A DNA stretch of 64,000 nt, taken from positions 480,001-544,000 of the forward strand of contig CAWKDB010000010.1 of assembly GCA_963848295.1 (NCBI GenBank), read 5' to 3'. Positions within the stretch are counted from its first letter, which is position 1. Each line of letters opens with the position of its first letter. Under the pieces are notes generated by a model. The model worked only from the letters and a program-made list of their open reading frames with translations, ran no database searches and was not told the DNA's origin. Position numbers and translations under genes: made by a program. This stretch comes from an uncultured delta proteobacterium (GTDB lineage: Bacteria > Myxococcota_A > Polyangia > Haliangiales > Haliangiaceae). Below are positions 61,602 to 64,000 of the stretch, in pieces.

Positions 61602-62897
61602 ATGAAGACAGCGATCCTTGTTCTTGCACTCGCGGCCTGCGGAGGCGGTGCCGCTTCGCCGGCGGCCGACGGCGCCAGCGATAGCACCACCGGCTGCACC
61701 AGCGACCAGAGCTGTTCGGGCTCGACGCCGGTGTGCGACCTGAGCGGCAGCAAGACGTGTGTGCAATGCACCACGACCGAATCGAGCGCGTGCAGCGGCA
61801 CCACCCCGATCTGCGGCACCGACGACACCTGCGGCGCGTGCACGATGCATAGCCAGTGCGCATCGGACGTGTGCCTACCCGACGGCTCGTGCAGCGATGG
61901 TGGCAACGTCGCTTACGTCGACCCGGCTGGCACGGACAACGACACGTGCTCGATGGCGATGCCATGCACCAAGGTCGCCAAGGCGCTCGCGACCGCGATG
62001 CCTTTCGTCAAATTCACCGGCACGACCAGCGAGCAGGTCACCATCAACAACCAGGACGTCACCCTGCTCGCCGACCCTGGTGCACAGCTCACCTACTCGA
62101 TGGCCGGCGTCATCCTCAAGGTCGACGGCACCAGCACGGTAAAGATCTACGACCTCGAGATCGCCAACGGCCTTGGCGCAACGGGCATCGGCATCTCCAT
62201 GCCTGCCGGCAACACCGCCGACCTCACCCTGCAGCGCGCCAAGCTCACCGGCAACACCGGCGGCGGCATCTCCGCCTCCGGTGGCACGCTCACCGTCACG
62301 CAGTCGCAGCTCACCGGCAACACCGGCGGCGGCATCTCCGCCTCCGGTGGCACGCTCACCGTCGCGCAGTCGCAGCTCGACCTTAACGACGGCGGCGGCA
62401 TCAACATTACCGGTGCCACGACCTTCTCTATCATCAACAACTTCATCTATCGGAACGGGAACTCGTCGACGTCGTCAGTCGGCGGAGCCTCGCTCATGCC
62501 CGCCGGCACGAGCAGCTTCGAATTCAACACCGTCGTCGACAACCTCGTCAAGAGCGGCGGTGCGCTCGCGGGGGGCGTCGCCTGCGATCAAACCGGATTC
62601 GCAGCGCCGAACAACATCATCGCTCGCAACGAGGTCAATGGTATGGCGTCGGCGGCGAACGCAAACACGAACTCGATCCTGCTCTGCACGTTCCCGACCG
62701 CAGTGGTGGCGACAGACCTCACAAGCCTGGCGCTCGTCAGCCCGGACACAACGCCGTACGACTACCACCTGACCGCGGCGAGCACGCCTGCCATCGATCA
62801 GGCGACGACCGATGCGACGGTCACCGTCGACGTCGACGGCGACACTCGCCCGCAGGGGAACGGCTACGACATCGGCGCCGACGAGTACAAGCCGTAA
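61602..62897 (+). CDS. Array lipoprotein 8 (diverged C-cassette Y')
   Basis: Intact. Diverges from Y after FNTVVDN. Confidence 0.88.
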   Translation: MKTAILVLALAACGGGAASPAADGASDSTTGCTSDQSCSGSTPVCDLSGSKTCVQCTTTESSACSGTTPICGTDDTCGACTMHSQCASDVCLPDGSCSDGGNVAYVDPAGTDNDTCSMAMPCTKVAKALATAMPFVKFTGTTSEQVTINNQDVTLLADPGAQLTYSMAGVILKVDGTSTVKIYDLEIANGLGATGIGISMPAGNTADLTLQRAKLTGNTGGGISASGGTLTVTQSQLTGNTGGGISASGGTLTVAQSQLDLNDGGGINITGATTFSIINNFIYRNGNSSTSSVGGASLMPAGTSSFEFNTVVDNLVKSGGALAGGVACDQTGFAAPNNIIARNEVNGMASAANANTNSILLCTFPTAVVATDLTSLALVSPDTTPYDYHLTAASTPAIDQATTDATVTVDVDGDTRPQGNGYDIGADEYKP

Positions 62898-62918
62898 GGT
62901 CATGCGAGGTCGGAGGGC

Positions 62919-63815
62919 GTGAGGGGGATGCGAGCACTGCAGCCACAGCTCGTGGCCCAGGTCGAGGGCTGGTTGCGCCACCACGGCCACCAGCTCGCAC
63001 CGGCCGCGCTCGAGCCCGATGCGATCAACACGCTGATCGACTGCGTCGTCGTGCAAGACGACGCGTGCGTGCGCACCGTCGTCGACAAGCGCGCCCACGC
63101 CAACAGCATCGTGTTCGCTCGCGCCGACGTCACCCCGACCGACGACGGCACCCGCAACATCACGCTCGTCGGCTACTGGCTCGTCAAGGGCCACGACGCC
63201 GTCGCCGAGCGCCGCAACTGCGAGCGCTGCACCGACCAGAGCCTGCGCAACGCCGCCGACGACATGATGACCGCCCTCGCCCACGCCGGCGAGCTCGACC
63301 CCGGCCACCTCGCCCTCCGCTCCACCCCGCCAGGCGCCAAGGTCCTCATCGACGGCACCCCCGTCGGCGTCACCCCGCTCGACTACGACCTCGCGCCCGG
63401 CAACCACAAGATCTCCGTCACCGCCGACCAGCACAACGTCGAGACCCGCGACGTCATCGTGCGCAAGGGCGAGACCACCACCGTCGACATCCCGCTCAAG
63501 GACCTCGGCGACGCCGGCCCGCCCGACACCGGCCGGCCCTCCCACCTCGTCCCCGGCATCGTCATCGGCGCCGGCGCGGTCGCCGCGATCGCAGGCGTCG
63601 CGATGATCGCGAGCGATGGCAACTCGAAGACCGGCCCTCAGACGATGACCTACACCGACAGCTCGCCGGCCGATTTCGTCCTCGCGGGCGCCGGCGTGGT
63701 CGCGATCGGCGTCGGCGTCTATCTGTGGTTGCGCGCGAATTCACACGCGAGCTCGGCACCGATCGCGACGATCACGCGCGATGGGGGCGTCGTTGGTTGG
63801 TCTGGTCGCTTCTGA
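62919..63815 (+). CDS. Second PEGA-domain gene, lacking the signal-peptide region (5'-truncated duplicate, possibly a pseudogene)
   Basis: Near-identical to 51151-52035 from LQPQLVAQ onward. The N-terminal ~31 aa are absent. Confidence 0.75.
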   Translation: MRGMRALQPQLVAQVEGWLRHHGHQLAPAALEPDAINTLIDCVVVQDDACVRTVVDKRAHANSIVFARADVTPTDDGTRNITLVGYWLVKGHDAVAERRNCERCTDQSLRNAADDMMTALAHAGELDPGHLALRSTPPGAKVLIDGTPVGVTPLDYDLAPGNHKISVTADQHNVETRDVIVRKGETTTVDIPLKDLGDAGPPDTGRPSHLVPGIVIGAGAVAAIAGVAMIASDGNSKTGPQTMTYTDSSPADFVLAGAGVVAIGVGVYLWLRANSHASSAPIATITRDGGVVGWSGRF

Positions 63816-63832
63816 TTCTCGAGGAGGACATC

Positions 63833-64000
63833 ATGGTGAAAGCTTCGTTCGTCATCGGGCTCGCGGCTGTTCTCGCGGTGGGATGCAGTCACAACAACGA
63901 CAACTTCTGTCCGGGTCGCAACCCCGACAACAACTGCAGCGAGCCCGCGGTCGACGGCGGCACCGACGGCTCCGCCACCTGCGGCTCGAACGCCGACTGC
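63833..64000 (+). CDS. Start of next Cys-rich lipoprotein (partial)
   Basis: RBS gaggagg, MVKASFVIGLAAVLAVGC..NFCPGRNPDNNC, homologous to array gene 1. Confidence 0.8.
   Translation, partial: MVKASFVIGLAAVLAVGCSHNNDNFCPGRNPDNNCSEPAVDGGTDGSATCGSNADC

Larger units (their letters stand above)
52053..62897 (+). repeat. Tandem array of 8 near-identical ~1.3-1.45 kb lipoprotein genes
   Basis: Shared ~600-nt core, 34-35 bp spacers (caac[ga]cgcgcgcgacgcggcggga[at]ggtgga..ct) and an internal 66-bp repeat. Confidence 0.95.

Noticed and set aside
31280..62897. Diversity-generating retroelement (Avd-like genes plus repeated variable genes)
   Set aside because: No reverse transcriptase in the window, no TR/VR pair, and differences among array copies are not adenine-specific.
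52053..62897. CRISPR array or integron cassette array
   Set aside because: The repeats are coding and kilobase-sized. The 34-35 bp spacers lack attC structure, and no cas or integrase gene is present.

Overview
GC-rich DNA that reads as myxobacterial (Myxococcota-like gene content). 1-19.8 kb: a gliding-motility (Agl-Glt) cluster, transcribed leftwards as gltC-gltD-gltE-gltF-gltG, a TPR lipoprotein gene and a giant AgmK/GltI-like TPR gene running off the left edge, with a divergent cglC-like gene. A mirror-symmetric repeat element sits in the 7.6-8.2 kb gap. 19.8-43.4 kb: mostly housekeeping genes (rpsP-khpA-rimM-trmD fusion-rplS-yraN, multiheme cytochrome c, rlpA, ABC transporter, rimO, coaX, HD-GYP regulator). 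At 31.1-32.7 kb these are interrupted by two divergent four-helix-bundle (23S rRNA-IVP/bAvd-like) genes. Each is preceded by a homologous ~190-nt leader whose stems show compensatory base changes, and the two units are bracketed by CCGTCG-type hexamer tracts. This leader + protein cassette is the strongest candidate for an undescribed system. 43.4-64 kb: at least 13 Cys-rich/beta-helix/choice-of-anchor-Q-like lipoprotein genes around a Ser/Thr kinase and PEGA genes, including an 8-copy mosaic tandem array whose C-terminal cassettes switch at a 66-bp repeat. Scattered single-base frameshifts suggest sequencing or consensus errors. All family assignments come from motif recognition by eye, not database searches.
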